DNA of 64,000 bases from Patescibacteria group bacterium (GCA_020148055.1 JAHCRF010000001.1:71257-135256), one strand, 5' to 3'. Shown: positions 16,963 through 26,918, counted from the first letter of the stretch. A program made the numbers and translations. Notes: generated by a model not told the origin, from the sequence alone.

Positions 16963-17516
16963 AACAATTTAGCAATAAAAAGGGTTTTACCTTGGTTGAA
17001 ATTGTGGTCGTCTTTTTTATTATAATTTTGTTGTCGGCGATAATTCTTACTAATTATCAGGCAGGAGGACAACAATTTGCTCTTCAAAGATCAGCCAATA
17101 AATTATCCCAGGATATAAGAAGAGCTCAAGAAATGGCAATGTCAGTAAAAGAAGTTGGACCTTCCGGAGCAAAGATCGTGCCAGAAGGGGGATATGGTAT
17201 TTATTTTAAGACAAGTCCGCAAAAGATCATTATTTTTAATGACTGCAATAATAATCAACAATATACTCCAGGAAATGTTTGTGGTACCCCACCTGATAAA
17301 TTTCCTGAAAAAATTGAAGATATAAACTTAGAATCCGGTGTCCGGATAGAAAATCTTTCTCCTTCGACTCCTCTACACATTACTTTTAAACCCCCAGATC
17401 CTACTATCTCTATCTCTGACGGAGATCAAGCTATAATAACTCTCACCTTAGAAGCCGATCCATCAAAAACTAAAACAATAAAAGTAAATAAAGTCGGCCT
17501 GGTTGAGATAGAGTAA
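16959..17516 (+). CDS. minor (pseudo)pilin
   Basis: ATGA overlap with the pilD stop. MKQFSNKKGFTLVEIVVVFFII class III signal. Confidence 0.8.
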   Translation: MKQFSNKKGFTLVEIVVVFFIIILLSAIILTNYQAGGQQFALQRSANKLSQDIRRAQEMAMSVKEVGPSGAKIVPEGGYGIYFKTSPQKIIIFNDCNNNQQYTPGNVCGTPPDKFPEKIEDINLESGVRIENLSPSTPLHITFKPPDPTISISDGDQAIITLTLEADPSKTKTIKVNKVGLVEIE

Positions 17517-17568
17517 AAAAAGCTAACATCTAATTGTTAATAGATCAATTAACAATCAATAATCAACA

Positions 17569-18090
17569 ATGAATAATAAGAGTTTTACTTTATTGGAGGC
17601 AATCATAGCAATTTTTATAATTACAGTTGGAGTTGTTGGAGTCTTAGGTTTGGTTTCCCAGACAATTGGTTCTGTTATTGTTTCATCACAAAAACTAATT
17701 GCTGCCTATTTAGCTCAGGAAGGAATTGAAATTGTTAGAAATATCAGAGATACAAATTGGTTGGAGGGAGCGCCGAGTTGGGATGAAGGTTTAGGAGAAG
17801 ATGATTGGGAAGGAGATTATACAATGACTCAGAATTTGAATTTCTGTCTTTTTGCTTGTGGATATGATGATCTCAGTTTTCTTAAAATTGATGCTAATGG
17901 CTTTTATAGTTATTCTGCCGGAAATGATACAAAATTTAAAAGGAAAATTACCATCGCTGATAAAGAAGATTTGAGTGACCCCCCCGACGGTGTCTATGAT
18001 AAAATGACCGTTACAGTTGAAGTTTTTTGGCGAGAAAAAGGGAAAACCTACAACGTCTCTGCCCAGGAAAATTTATATAATTGGCGATAA
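17569..18090 (+). CDS. minor (pseudo)pilin
   Basis: MNNKSFTLLEAIIAIFIITVG prepilin-type N-terminus. Confidence 0.75.
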   Translation: MNNKSFTLLEAIIAIFIITVGVVGVLGLVSQTIGSVIVSSQKLIAAYLAQEGIEIVRNIRDTNWLEGAPSWDEGLGEDDWEGDYTMTQNLNFCLFACGYDDLSFLKIDANGFYSYSAGNDTKFKRKITIADKEDLSDPPDGVYDKMTVTVEVFWREKGKTYNVSAQENLYNWR

Positions 18091-18095
18091 TAACA

Positions 18096-18683
18096 ATGAA
18101 ACAGTTTAACAATTTAACAAAAGAATCTAAAGGTTTAACCTTAATTGAAATGCTGGTGGCGGTGACTATATTTGCTACGGTCGTAGGAGCCATTTCTGGA
18201 CTTTTTATTTCCGGTATTCGCTCTCAAGGGAGGGTTTTAGCCACTCAAGAGATTCTGGACCAAACAAGCTATGTCATGGAGTACATGAGTAGAGCTTTAA
18301 GAATGGCAAAGAAAGATTTAAATGGCGACTGTATTTCAGCTAAGTTAAATTATGAAAAAACTGGTTCAGGAACAGGCGGAATAAAATTTGAAAGTTATAG
18401 CGGCCCATGCCAAGAATTCTTCCGAGAATGGGACGCGATGGAGGGAGTTCATCGTCTAAAAGAAGCAAAAGCGGGGATTGAAAACTATTTAACTTCTCCT
18501 GATTTAGATGTGGTCTCCTTTAATATTGGACCCGACGCCAGTTGGGACCAAAATGATAATGACCAGCCACGAGTAACTATTTCTTTAGAAATGGAAAGTG
18601 GAAGGCCTGTAACAACAGGACCACCACCAAGAATCCAAATTCAAACCTCAATTTCTCAAAGAAACCTAGACGTCCAGTATTAA
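18096..18683 (+). CDS. minor (pseudo)pilin
   Basis: Start moved to ATG 18096. MKQFNNLTKESKGLTLIEMLVAVTIF. Confidence 0.75.
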   Translation: MKQFNNLTKESKGLTLIEMLVAVTIFATVVGAISGLFISGIRSQGRVLATQEILDQTSYVMEYMSRALRMAKKDLNGDCISAKLNYEKTGSGTGGIKFESYSGPCQEFFREWDAMEGVHRLKEAKAGIENYLTSPDLDVVSFNIGPDASWDQNDNDQPRVTISLEMESGRPVTTGPPPRIQIQTSISQRNLDVQY

Positions 18684-18684
18684 T

Positions 18685-19095
18685 ATGAAAATTGAAAAGC
18701 CAGAGTTCAAAATTCAAAATTCTAAGAAAGGTGTTTCTATTTATCTTGCCGTAATGATTATGTTTATTTTGTTAGCTATTGGTTTAGGAATGAGTGTGAT
18801 TATAGTTTCACAAATAAAAATGATAAGAGAAATGGGACATTCAGTAATTGCCTTTTATGCCGCCGATACCGGGATTGAGAAAGTTTTGTATAAAGATGAA
18901 GAGTGTCGCAGATCTGCTCCGAATTGTGATTTGTTAATTTGTGAAGCAGACTGCAGTAGACTTTCTGATCAAACCTTTCCAGAAGAAGCTATAGGTGGGG
19001 CAAGTTATATAGTAACAGTTTCTAATAATGCTACTTCTTTTGAATCAGTAGGGATTTATAAAGAAACTAAAAGGGCAATTGAAACCACAAGATAA
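18685..19095 (+). CDS. PilX-like pilus-associated membrane-anchored protein
   Basis: N-terminal hydrophobic anchor GVSIYLAVMIMFILLAIGLG without a G|F cleavage motif. Last gene of the pilin operon. Confidence 0.5.
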   Translation: MKIEKPEFKIQNSKKGVSIYLAVMIMFILLAIGLGMSVIIVSQIKMIREMGHSVIAFYAADTGIEKVLYKDEECRRSAPNCDLLICEADCSRLSDQTFPEEAIGGASYIVTVSNNATSFESVGIYKETKRAIETTR

Positions 19096-19107
19096 ATAAT
19101 CCAAAAA

Positions 19108-19137
19108 TAAAAAAATCCCTGATCAGGGATTTTTTTA
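19108..19137. terminator. bidirectional terminator (perfect palindrome atccctga|tcagggat with A-run and T-run)
   Basis: Direct reading between convergent genes. Confidence 0.8.
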
Positions 19138-19156
19138 TTTGTTTTAAGATTCTTTT

Positions 19157-19708
19157 TTACTCTCTAATTATTTTCCCTACCATCTCTAAAGCTTTTAATA
19201 TTATCATTGCTTTTGCCAGCCCCCTTTCTTTTTTTGGTGGAAAATGAAATCTTTTAACTAAAATTTTATCTCTTAATATTACTCCAATATCTACCTGACC
19301 TACTTTCTTCTCTGGAAATCTCAGGTCAGGTCTTGAAATTATTCCGGTAATTCCAATTCCAATATCGGAGCCTTTAATTTTTTTTACTGCTTTTTGGGCT
19401 AAAGCTTCAGCTATTTGAGTACTATAAACTGAATATTTTTTAATTAATTTTCTTGGGATTCCCAAAGCTATTTTTTCTTGCTTAGAATAAGGAACAAAAC
19501 CTCCTTTTATAATTTCTGAAGCGCCTGGGATATTTGTGATTGAATTTATCAAGCCCCCCCCCGTGCAAGATTCCATTGTAGCCAAAAACAATTTTTTCCT
19601 TTTTAAAGTGATTACTAAATTTTTAGCTAAAAATTTAATTTTTTTCTCAAGAATTCTCTTTTTAAATTTTTCTTTTCTTAAGTCAATTTCTTCAAAATTT
19701 TCTTTCAT
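19157..19708 (-). CDS. pncC: CinA-C/PncC-type nicotinamide-nucleotide amidohydrolase
   Basis: ATMESCTGGGLINSITNIPGAS...GGFVPYS motif region. Confidence 0.75.
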   Translation of the reverse strand: MKENFEEIDLRKEKFKKRILEKKIKFLAKNLVITLKRKKLFLATMESCTGGGLINSITNIPGASEIIKGGFVPYSKQEKIALGIPRKLIKKYSVYSTQIAEALAQKAVKKIKGSDIGIGITGIISRPDLRFPEKKVGQVDIGVILRDKILVKRFHFPPKKERGLAKAMIILKALEMVGKIIRE

Positions 19709-21225
19709 GATTTTAAAATGTAGGGTAAATTTCTTTTCCCTTTTGCCTTTTGATACTTTCTTAAAATCAAATCAATTTTTGATTTTTTTATTCTAAATTT
19801 CTTTTCAATTTCTTTTTTTGAAATTTTTAAATCCTCAATAGCAGATAAAACCGTGTCAATTTCCAAATAAAAGGCTCCGATTTCTCCTTCATCTGTCTGA
19901 CCTTTCCATAGTTCAGGAGAAGGAGCTCTTTTGAGAATTTCATCTGTAATTTCTCTAAAGAAATTGGCTATTTGATAAACTTGGATTTTATAAAGATTAT
20001 TTATCGGTTCAACTCCTGAAACTCTATCTCCACCGATTGTAAAATATCCCAACCTTTCTTCACTTTTATCTTCACTCCCAATAACAATAGCACGCTTGAC
20101 AGCTGATAAATCAAATAAAATCCCCATTCTTTCTCTTGCCATTAAATTTCCTTTTCTGATTTTTATGTTCCCACCTTTAAATTTTTTTAGAATTTTCCAG
20201 CTTAGATCAACCTGTTTATTTATTGGAATAGTAATTAAATTTTCTTTTGGCAATTTTAAATTTCTTGCCAATTTTTCAGCTAAAATTAGGCTTTCTTTTG
20301 AAGAAATTCCCAAGTAAGGCATTCTTAAAAAATAGACATTTTTTGGACCTAAAGCCTTAACTGCCAAAGTGGCAGCCAAGGCAGAGTCAATTCCTCCTGA
20401 TACTCCAATCACTGCTTTTTTGAAATGATATTTTTTAAAATAATTTCTTATCTCTTTAATTTTTTTCCCTGTAATCTCTCTGATTTTTTTCTGGGTAAAT
20501 CTTAAATGAGGAGGAATTTTTTCAAAATCAATGTAAGAAGCTCCTCTTGCTTCGTTCAAAAATCTCTCCTTCTTTAGAAAATAGGTTTTTCTTGGCATAT
20601 TTGGAGTAGTATATAATTTTTTTTCTTTAATATACTTTAGCACCTTTTCTGGCACCAAAGAAGTTAAATTTTTACCCTTCCTTATTCTTTCTCGAATTTT
20701 AGTAGCTGAAATCGGTATGTTTAAATTTACTTTTATTATCTTTTTAAAAGCTTTTTTTGATTTTTCTTTAAATTTTTTAGGAAGCTTTTTTAAATTAAAT
20801 TGGTGCCAAGATCTAGTAAAAACAATAAATTGAGCTAAATCTAAAATTTTTAAATCTCCTTTCCACTTCCCTTCAATAATTTCTCTTAAGGAATCTTCTC
20901 CAATTAACCAAAAAATTTGGCAGTTTCTCAACTTTTTTCTAAAAAATTTGAGTGTTTCAATAGTGAAACATTTTTTCTTTTTTCTTATCTCATAATCTGA
21001 AACTTCAAAATAAGGCCTTCTTTCAATTAAAAGCTTAGTCATCAAAAATCTATCTTTAGCTGAAGGCATTTTTTCTTTCTTCAAAGGAGGAACACCCGAA
21101 GGTAAAAAAATAATTTTTTCTAAATTAAGTTTCTTAAGGGCAGTTTCGGCTAAGATTAAATGGCCAAAATGGGGAGGATTGAGAGCTCCTCCTAATATCC
21201 CGATTTTTGAAATTTTTCTTTCCAT
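19705..21225 (-). CDS. fusion protein: nicotinate-nucleotide adenylyltransferase (NadD) + NH3-dependent NAD+ synthetase (NadE)
   Basis: N-terminal half has GILGGALNPPHFGHL and ISATKIRERI (NadD). C-terminal half has VIGVSGGIDSALAA (PP-loop NadE). Confidence 0.8.
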   Translation of the reverse strand: MERKISKIGILGGALNPPHFGHLILAETALKKLNLEKIIFLPSGVPPLKKEKMPSAKDRFLMTKLLIERRPYFEVSDYEIRKKKKCFTIETLKFFRKKLRNCQIFWLIGEDSLREIIEGKWKGDLKILDLAQFIVFTRSWHQFNLKKLPKKFKEKSKKAFKKIIKVNLNIPISATKIRERIRKGKNLTSLVPEKVLKYIKEKKLYTTPNMPRKTYFLKKERFLNEARGASYIDFEKIPPHLRFTQKKIREITGKKIKEIRNYFKKYHFKKAVIGVSGGIDSALAATLAVKALGPKNVYFLRMPYLGISSKESLILAEKLARNLKLPKENLITIPINKQVDLSWKILKKFKGGNIKIRKGNLMARERMGILFDLSAVKRAIVIGSEDKSEERLGYFTIGGDRVSGVEPINNLYKIQVYQIANFFREITDEILKRAPSPELWKGQTDEGEIGAFYLEIDTVLSAIEDLKISKKEIEKKFRIKKSKIDLILRKYQKAKGKRNLPYILKS

Positions 21226-21252
21226 TCTTTTATTATATAATAATTTATAGAT

Positions 21253-23283
21253 ATGGCTAAGAAATTATCGAAAACTGAGGCCAGAAAGAGGATAGAAAAA
21301 TTGAGAAAGGAGATTCAGCATCACGATTATTTATATTATGTTCTTAATAAACCTGAAATTTCAGATGCGGCTTACGATTCATTGAAGAGAGAATTAATCG
21401 AATTAGAAGAACAATTCCCTGAGTTTATTACCCCCGATTCCCCCACCCAAAGAGTTGGGGGAGCCCCTTTGGAGAAGTTTGAAAAAGTAAAACATAGAAT
21501 TCCAATGCTTACTCTACAGGATGCCATGGATGAAAAAGAATTACTTGATTGGCAGGGAAGGATTAAAAAATTGATGACTCCATCTGAAATTGAAAAATTA
21601 GATTATTTTGCTGAATTGAAAATGGACGGATTAGCTACTTCTTTAATTTACAAAAATGGAATGTTGTTTAGGGCAGCGACCAGGGGTGATGGCTTTACCG
21701 GAGAAGATATCACCCAAAATGTCAGAACAATAAAATGTATTCCCTTAAAATTGAGATTAGAAGAATTACCAAAAAAATATAAAATTCCAAAAGAGATTGA
21801 GATTCGTGGTGAAATTTATATGTCAAAAAAGGCCTTTTTGGAATTAAATAAGGAGCAAAAGAAAAAGGGACAAGGAACTTTTGCCAATCCTCGAAATGCT
21901 GCTGCTGGCTCAGCTAGGCAATTGAATCCCGAGGTTACAGCTGTTAGAAAATTAGGTTTTTCCGGCTATCAATTGGTAACAAATCTTGGTCAAAAAACTC
22001 ATCAGGAATCCCATCAATTAATCAGACTTTTAGGAATTCCCGAGAACCCTTTTAACAGATATTGTAGAAATTTAGGAGAGGTGATAAAACTCCACCAAAG
22101 AATTTCGAAAGAAAGAGATAAATTACCCTATGAGATTGATGGGATTGTTATCGATGTTAATAATGATAATTTATATAAAAAATTAGGAATAGTTGGGAGA
22201 ACTCCTCGAGGCGGAATAGCTTATAAATTCCCAGGGATAGAGGCTACGACTAAAGTTAAAGAAATCATCGTTCAAGTAGGAAGAACCGGAAAATTAACCC
22301 CGGTAGCTATTTTAAAACCAATCAAGCTGGGAGGAGTAACTATTTCCAGGGCTACTTTACATAATGCCGATGAAATTGAAAGATTAGGAGTAAAAATTGG
22401 AGACACGGTAATTATTCAACGGGCTGGAGATGTCATTCCCGAAGTGATTAGAGTTTTACCTTCTCTAAGAACTGGAAAAGAAAAAAGATTTAGAATGCCC
22501 CCAAAATGTCCATTTTGTGGAACAAAGATTATCAGAGAACCAGGAGAGGTTGATTATTATTGTCAAAATAAAAAATGCTTTGCTGCTATTAAAAGGTACT
22601 TTTACCATTTTGTTTCAAAGAAAGCCTTTGATATTGAACATTTGGGACCAAAAATTATAGATCAACTTTTAGACGAAGGTTTAATAAAAAGTCCTGCTGA
22701 TATATTCTTATTAGAAAAGGGAGACTTAATCCCTTTGGAAAGATTTGCTGAAAAATCTGCAAAAAATTTGATTGTAGCTATTCAGTCAAGAAAGGAAATT
22801 ACTTTAGCAAAATTCATTTATGCTTTGGGAATTAGAAATGTTGGAGAAGAAACCTCTCAAGATGTAGCAGAATATTTTGGAAGTTTAGAAGGCCTAAAGA
22901 ATGCTTCTTTAGAAGATTTGCAAGAGATTGCAGATATTGGCCCGGTGGTAGCTAAATCAATAAATCTGTGGTTTCGCCAGAAAAGAAATCTTAAATTTTT
23001 AGGAAAATTAGAGAAATCGGGAGTAAAAATTATTACTCAGAAAAAAACAAAATTCCAGCCCTTCAAAGGTAAAACTTTTATTTTAACTGGTGCTTTAGAA
23101 ACAATGACCAGAGATGAGGCTAAGGCAAAAATTAGATTGTTAGGAGGAAAAATTTCTGAATTAGTTTCAAGAAGAACCGATTTTGTTATAGTGGGCAAGG
23201 AACCCGGCTCAAAATATGAAATTGCTAAAAAGCTTGGCATAAAAATTGTCAAAGAAAAAGAATTTTTAGAAATGCTCAAATAA
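21253..23283 (+). CDS. ligA: NAD+-dependent DNA ligase
   Basis: AELKMDGLA adenylation site, OB fold, CPFCG zinc finger, HhH repeats and a C-terminal BRCT domain (FILTGAL..). Confidence 0.95.
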   Translation: MAKKLSKTEARKRIEKLRKEIQHHDYLYYVLNKPEISDAAYDSLKRELIELEEQFPEFITPDSPTQRVGGAPLEKFEKVKHRIPMLTLQDAMDEKELLDWQGRIKKLMTPSEIEKLDYFAELKMDGLATSLIYKNGMLFRAATRGDGFTGEDITQNVRTIKCIPLKLRLEELPKKYKIPKEIEIRGEIYMSKKAFLELNKEQKKKGQGTFANPRNAAAGSARQLNPEVTAVRKLGFSGYQLVTNLGQKTHQESHQLIRLLGIPENPFNRYCRNLGEVIKLHQRISKERDKLPYEIDGIVIDVNNDNLYKKLGIVGRTPRGGIAYKFPGIEATTKVKEIIVQVGRTGKLTPVAILKPIKLGGVTISRATLHNADEIERLGVKIGDTVIIQRAGDVIPEVIRVLPSLRTGKEKRFRMPPKCPFCGTKIIREPGEVDYYCQNKKCFAAIKRYFYHFVSKKAFDIEHLGPKIIDQLLDEGLIKSPADIFLLEKGDLIPLERFAEKSAKNLIVAIQSRKEITLAKFIYALGIRNVGEETSQDVAEYFGSLEGLKNASLEDLQEIADIGPVVAKSINLWFRQKRNLKFLGKLEKSGVKIITQKKTKFQPFKGKTFILTGALETMTRDEAKAKIRLLGGKISELVSRRTDFVIVGKEPGSKYEIAKKLGIKIVKEKEFLEMLK

Positions 23284-23338
23284 ACTTGTTTAAACTTACA
23301 CTCAAAAATCGCTTAAAATTGAATTTTTAACTTAGAGC

Positions 23339-24427
23339 ATGACCCTTCTTACCCATCTTAAAAGATTAGATTGGATTTTAATTATTACTGTATTTTTGTT
23401 AGTTGTGATTGGTCTTTTCTCTATTTATAGTTCTTCTTTAGCTAAGAGAGATTTTTTGAACTTGAAAAAACAAATTATTTTTTTGATAATTTCATTTTTT
23501 TTGATGATATTTTTTAGTTTTTTTGATTGGCGGATCTTTCGAGAAAATCCCTATTTAATTTTATTTCTTTATTTTTTTTGTTTGGCCAGTTTAATTGGTC
23601 TATTTTTTTTCGCTCCAGAGATTAAAGGGGCGAAGGGCTGGTATAAATTAGGCCCTGTTTCAATTGATCCAATCGAATTTACCAAAATTATTTTAATAAT
23701 TTTATTAGCTAAATATTTTTCAATGAGGCATGTCGAGATGTATCGAATAGGCCACATTTTGATTTCCGGATTTTATATGATAATTCCAGCTATCTTGATT
23801 TTCTTTCAGCCGGATTTAGGATCAGTTCTAATCTTAGTTATCTTATGGGTTGGAATTTTAATTATTTCTGGAATAAAAATTCGCCATTTTTTGATTCTCA
23901 GTCTTTTTTCTCTTTTAATTCTAATTTTAATTTGGTCTTTTTTCCTCAAGGATTATCAAAGACAAAGGATCATCAGCTTTTTCCAGCCGAGAATTGAGCC
24001 TTTAGGAACTAGCTGGAGCGGAATTCAGGCAAAAATTGCCATAGGAGCAGGTTCGATCTTTGGGCAAGGTATTGGTAAAGGTTCCCAAGTTCAACTGGGT
24101 TTTCTACCCGAACCTCAGACCGATTTTATTTTTTCAGCCATTGCTGAAGAAATGGGAATGCTTGGGATTGGATCTGCGTTTTTTTTATTTTCTTTTTTAG
24201 TTTGGCGAATTTTGAAAATTGCAATGTCTTCTCAATCTAATTTTTCTCGTCTTTTCGCCTCGGGTTTAGCTATTCTTTTAGTTTCTCAAATTTTCATTCA
24301 TATTGGCATGAATCTTGGAATTCTACCAATCATCGGTATTCCTTTACCCCTAATAAGCTATGGGGGAAGTAGCTTGATTAGTAATTTTATCAGTTTGGGT
24401 ATCTTGCAGAGTTTTAAGACTTATTAA
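23339..24427 (+). CDS. SEDS-family peptidoglycan polymerase (FtsW/RodA)
   Basis: About 10 TM segments. Has QPDLGS, PEPQTDFIFS and PLPLISYGGSS motifs. Confidence 0.85.
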   Translation: MTLLTHLKRLDWILIITVFLLVVIGLFSIYSSSLAKRDFLNLKKQIIFLIISFFLMIFFSFFDWRIFRENPYLILFLYFFCLASLIGLFFFAPEIKGAKGWYKLGPVSIDPIEFTKIILIILLAKYFSMRHVEMYRIGHILISGFYMIIPAILIFFQPDLGSVLILVILWVGILIISGIKIRHFLILSLFSLLILILIWSFFLKDYQRQRIISFFQPRIEPLGTSWSGIQAKIAIGAGSIFGQGIGKGSQVQLGFLPEPQTDFIFSAIAEEMGMLGIGSAFFLFSFLVWRILKIAMSSQSNFSRLFASGLAILLVSQIFIHIGMNLGILPIIGIPLPLISYGGSSLISNFISLGILQSFKTY

Positions 24428-24434
24428 AACCTAC

Positions 24435-24462
24435 TTGATTTAAAATTATAAATCGTTATAAT
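24435..24462 (+). promoter_or_regulatory. putative sigma-70 promoter (TTGATT-16-TATAAT)
   Basis: Motifs read directly upstream of 24542. Confidence 0.4.
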
Positions 24463-24487
24463 TTAATTAATTCTTAATTTTTTGATG

Positions 24488-24526
24488 GTTCGGCTTTGCT
24501 CACGATTAATCCTGAGCCTGCCGAAC
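24488..24526 (+). other. GC-rich nested hairpin in the 5' leader (gttcggc..gctca-N10-tgagc..gccgaac)
   Basis: 7-bp and 5-bp stems read directly. Track ORF 24482 translates through it, but the likely start is 24542. Confidence 0.55.
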
Positions 24527-24541
24527 GGATTGATTTTTAAT

Positions 24542-26866
24542 ATGAAGATTTCATTCAAAACTCGATCTATTAAAATAGCCAATCTTTGCCAAAAAATTAG
24601 CAAGATCATAATTTACTCTTTAACATTTCTATTGCCAATCTTTTTTTTACCTTTGACCTTAGATGTTCTTGATTTTAATAAACAAATATTGCTAATTATT
24701 TTGGTTTCTCTTGCTCTTTTGTTTTGGCTAGTAAAGATTTTAATCTCAGATAAAGTTGAGTTTAATTTTAGTTTTCTGAACGTCCCGGTTTTAATTTTTT
24801 TCCTAATCTACGGCTTTTCGACAATTTTTTCTCAATGGTCCTACGGGAGTTTTTGGGGTTGGCCGCTCAATATTAGTCAAGGTTTTTTAACCTTACTTTA
24901 TTTTCTGGTTTTCTATGTTTTGATTGCAAATATTTTTACTAAAAAAAGAGATATCTTCCGGCTTCTCTTTCTTTTTGTTATCTCCGGAGCTTTAGTGGCT
25001 TTATTCTCAATCTTCCAAATTTTTGGTAAATTCCTTCTGCCTTGGAATTTTGCTAAACTTACTTCTTTTAATACTATCGGAACCCTGAATTCCCTTTCAA
25101 TATTTATAGCTTTTCTTTTACCTTTAGCGATTTCCCTAACCTTTTTAGCTGAAAGACTAATTAAGCGAATATTAATAATTTCTCTCTTTATTTTCTTATT
25201 TTTGCTTATTTTGGTTAATTTTTGGACAGCCTGGATAGTTTTAATTTCAGGTACTTTAATTCTTTTTATTTTTGGTATTTTCAATCTTAGAGAAACCGGG
25301 CAGATTGATTTAATCTGGCTGCCAATGCTCCTTTTAATTATTAGCCTTTTCTTTTTAGTCTTTAGAATTTCTTTAGTTCAAATTCCAATTGAAATCTCAC
25401 CAACTCAGAGAACAGAATTGGGTATTGCCAAAAGTGTTTTGTCTAAAAATTTCTTTCTGGGAACAGGTCCTACGACCTTTATTTTTAGTTATTTAAAATT
25501 TAAGCCAATTGAGATAAACCAGACAGTTTTTTGGAACATTAGATTTACCAGTGGGGCGTCGGAAGTCCTTGATAAATTAATAACCACTGGAGTTTTAGGG
25601 ATTTCTGCTCTATTTTTTATTTTTGGAGTATTTTTTTGGTTAGGCTTGAGATATTTAAAGGGAAAAACCGCTTTTTCGAAAGGGGACAAAGATTCACTAC
25701 TTCCTTTAGGAGTTTTTTCCAGTTTCTTCGGTTTGGTTTTTAGCCAATTTCTTTATTCAGCCAATCTTACTTGGCTATTTTTCTTTTGGTTGTTATTGGG
25801 AGTTTTTATTGCCCTTTTTCCTAAAATAAAAAGCCGGGTTTTTAAATCTCTTCCTTTAGTTCTGGTAGGTCTTTGTGTGTTAATTTTTCTCTTAGGAATA
25901 GGACTTTCTTTTGTTGGGTTTGGGCATCATCTTGCTGAGATGAAATATCTTCAGGGGTTGAAAGCTTGGGAGCAGGGTCAGAGTGGACAAGCAATTGATT
26001 ATTTAAAAAAGGCAATTGATTTAAATCCTGGTTTAGATAGTTATTGGCGAGATCTCTCTCAGCTTTATTTAGTTAGACTAAATGAGATTTTACCCAAAGA
26101 AGATTTACCACCAGAGGCGATTGGAAATTTAATCAATAACCTTTTAGATTCTTCAAGAAAGGCGACTGAGCTTTCTCCAAAAAATGTGAGTAATTGGAAT
26201 GTCAGGGCATTTATCTATCAAAATTTGGCTGGTCTAGTTAAAGGAGCCGAAGATTGGGCTATTACTAATTATCAAAAAGCTGCAGACCTTGAGCCCAAAA
26301 ATCCCTATATTTTTACTGAGATTGGCAAAATTTATCTTAGTAAAGCAGATATTTCTGCCCAATTGGAAAATGAGGAGGAAATGACTAAAAATTTAGCTCA
26401 GGCCCAAGAGAATTTTCAAAAAGCTCTGGAATTAAAATCAGATTACGCCCCTGCCCATTTCCAAATCGCCATGATCTATGTTAGAGAGGGTAAAACAAGA
26501 GAGGCGATTGAGAAGTTAGAAGCAACAAAATTAGTTACTCCCTTTAATGACATCGGTTTGGCTTTCCAGCTTGGACTTTTATATTACAATGATAATCAGT
26601 CGAACAAAGCTTTGACCGAGTTTGAACGAGCAGTTAGTATTGATGAGAATTATTCCAATGCTCGTTATTTCTTAGGATTAATTCATGACCGGCAAGGAAA
26701 CCAAGATAAAGCCATTGAGCAATTTGAAAGAATTGAAGAATTAAATCCTGATAATCTGGCAGTGAAGAGGGTTTTAGCCAATTTAAGAGAGGGTTTACCG
26801 GCCCTAGAAGGAATTCAACCCCCAGAGCTACCAATTGAAGAAAGACCATCGGAGATAGAAAAATAA
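24542..26866 (+). CDS. O-antigen-ligase-like (Wzy_C) polytopic membrane protein fused to C-terminal TPR repeats
   Basis: More than 10 TM segments, followed by repeated TPR-like units (AIDYLKKAIDLNP, NYQKAADLEPKNP, FQKALELKSDYAPAH...). Confidence 0.7.
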   Translation: MKISFKTRSIKIANLCQKISKIIIYSLTFLLPIFFLPLTLDVLDFNKQILLIILVSLALLFWLVKILISDKVEFNFSFLNVPVLIFFLIYGFSTIFSQWSYGSFWGWPLNISQGFLTLLYFLVFYVLIANIFTKKRDIFRLLFLFVISGALVALFSIFQIFGKFLLPWNFAKLTSFNTIGTLNSLSIFIAFLLPLAISLTFLAERLIKRILIISLFIFLFLLILVNFWTAWIVLISGTLILFIFGIFNLRETGQIDLIWLPMLLLIISLFFLVFRISLVQIPIEISPTQRTELGIAKSVLSKNFFLGTGPTTFIFSYLKFKPIEINQTVFWNIRFTSGASEVLDKLITTGVLGISALFFIFGVFFWLGLRYLKGKTAFSKGDKDSLLPLGVFSSFFGLVFSQFLYSANLTWLFFFWLLLGVFIALFPKIKSRVFKSLPLVLVGLCVLIFLLGIGLSFVGFGHHLAEMKYLQGLKAWEQGQSGQAIDYLKKAIDLNPGLDSYWRDLSQLYLVRLNEILPKEDLPPEAIGNLINNLLDSSRKATELSPKNVSNWNVRAFIYQNLAGLVKGAEDWAITNYQKAADLEPKNPYIFTEIGKIYLSKADISAQLENEEEMTKNLAQAQENFQKALELKSDYAPAHFQIAMIYVREGKTREAIEKLEATKLVTPFNDIGLAFQLGLLYYNDNQSNKALTEFERAVSIDENYSNARYFLGLIHDRQGNQDKAIEQFERIEELNPDNLAVKRVLANLREGLPALEGIQPPELPIEERPSEIEK

Positions 26867-26876
26867 AAAGTTTAAA

Positions 26877-26903
26877 GTGGGGGCTTGACCCCCCACCTAT
26901 TTT
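26877..26903 (+). terminator. intrinsic terminator (gtggggg-cttgac-cccccac + ctatttt)
   Basis: 7-bp GC stem plus a T-rich tail, immediately after the stop at 26866. Confidence 0.7.
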
Positions 26904-26918
26904 GCCGTTTAATCTACT

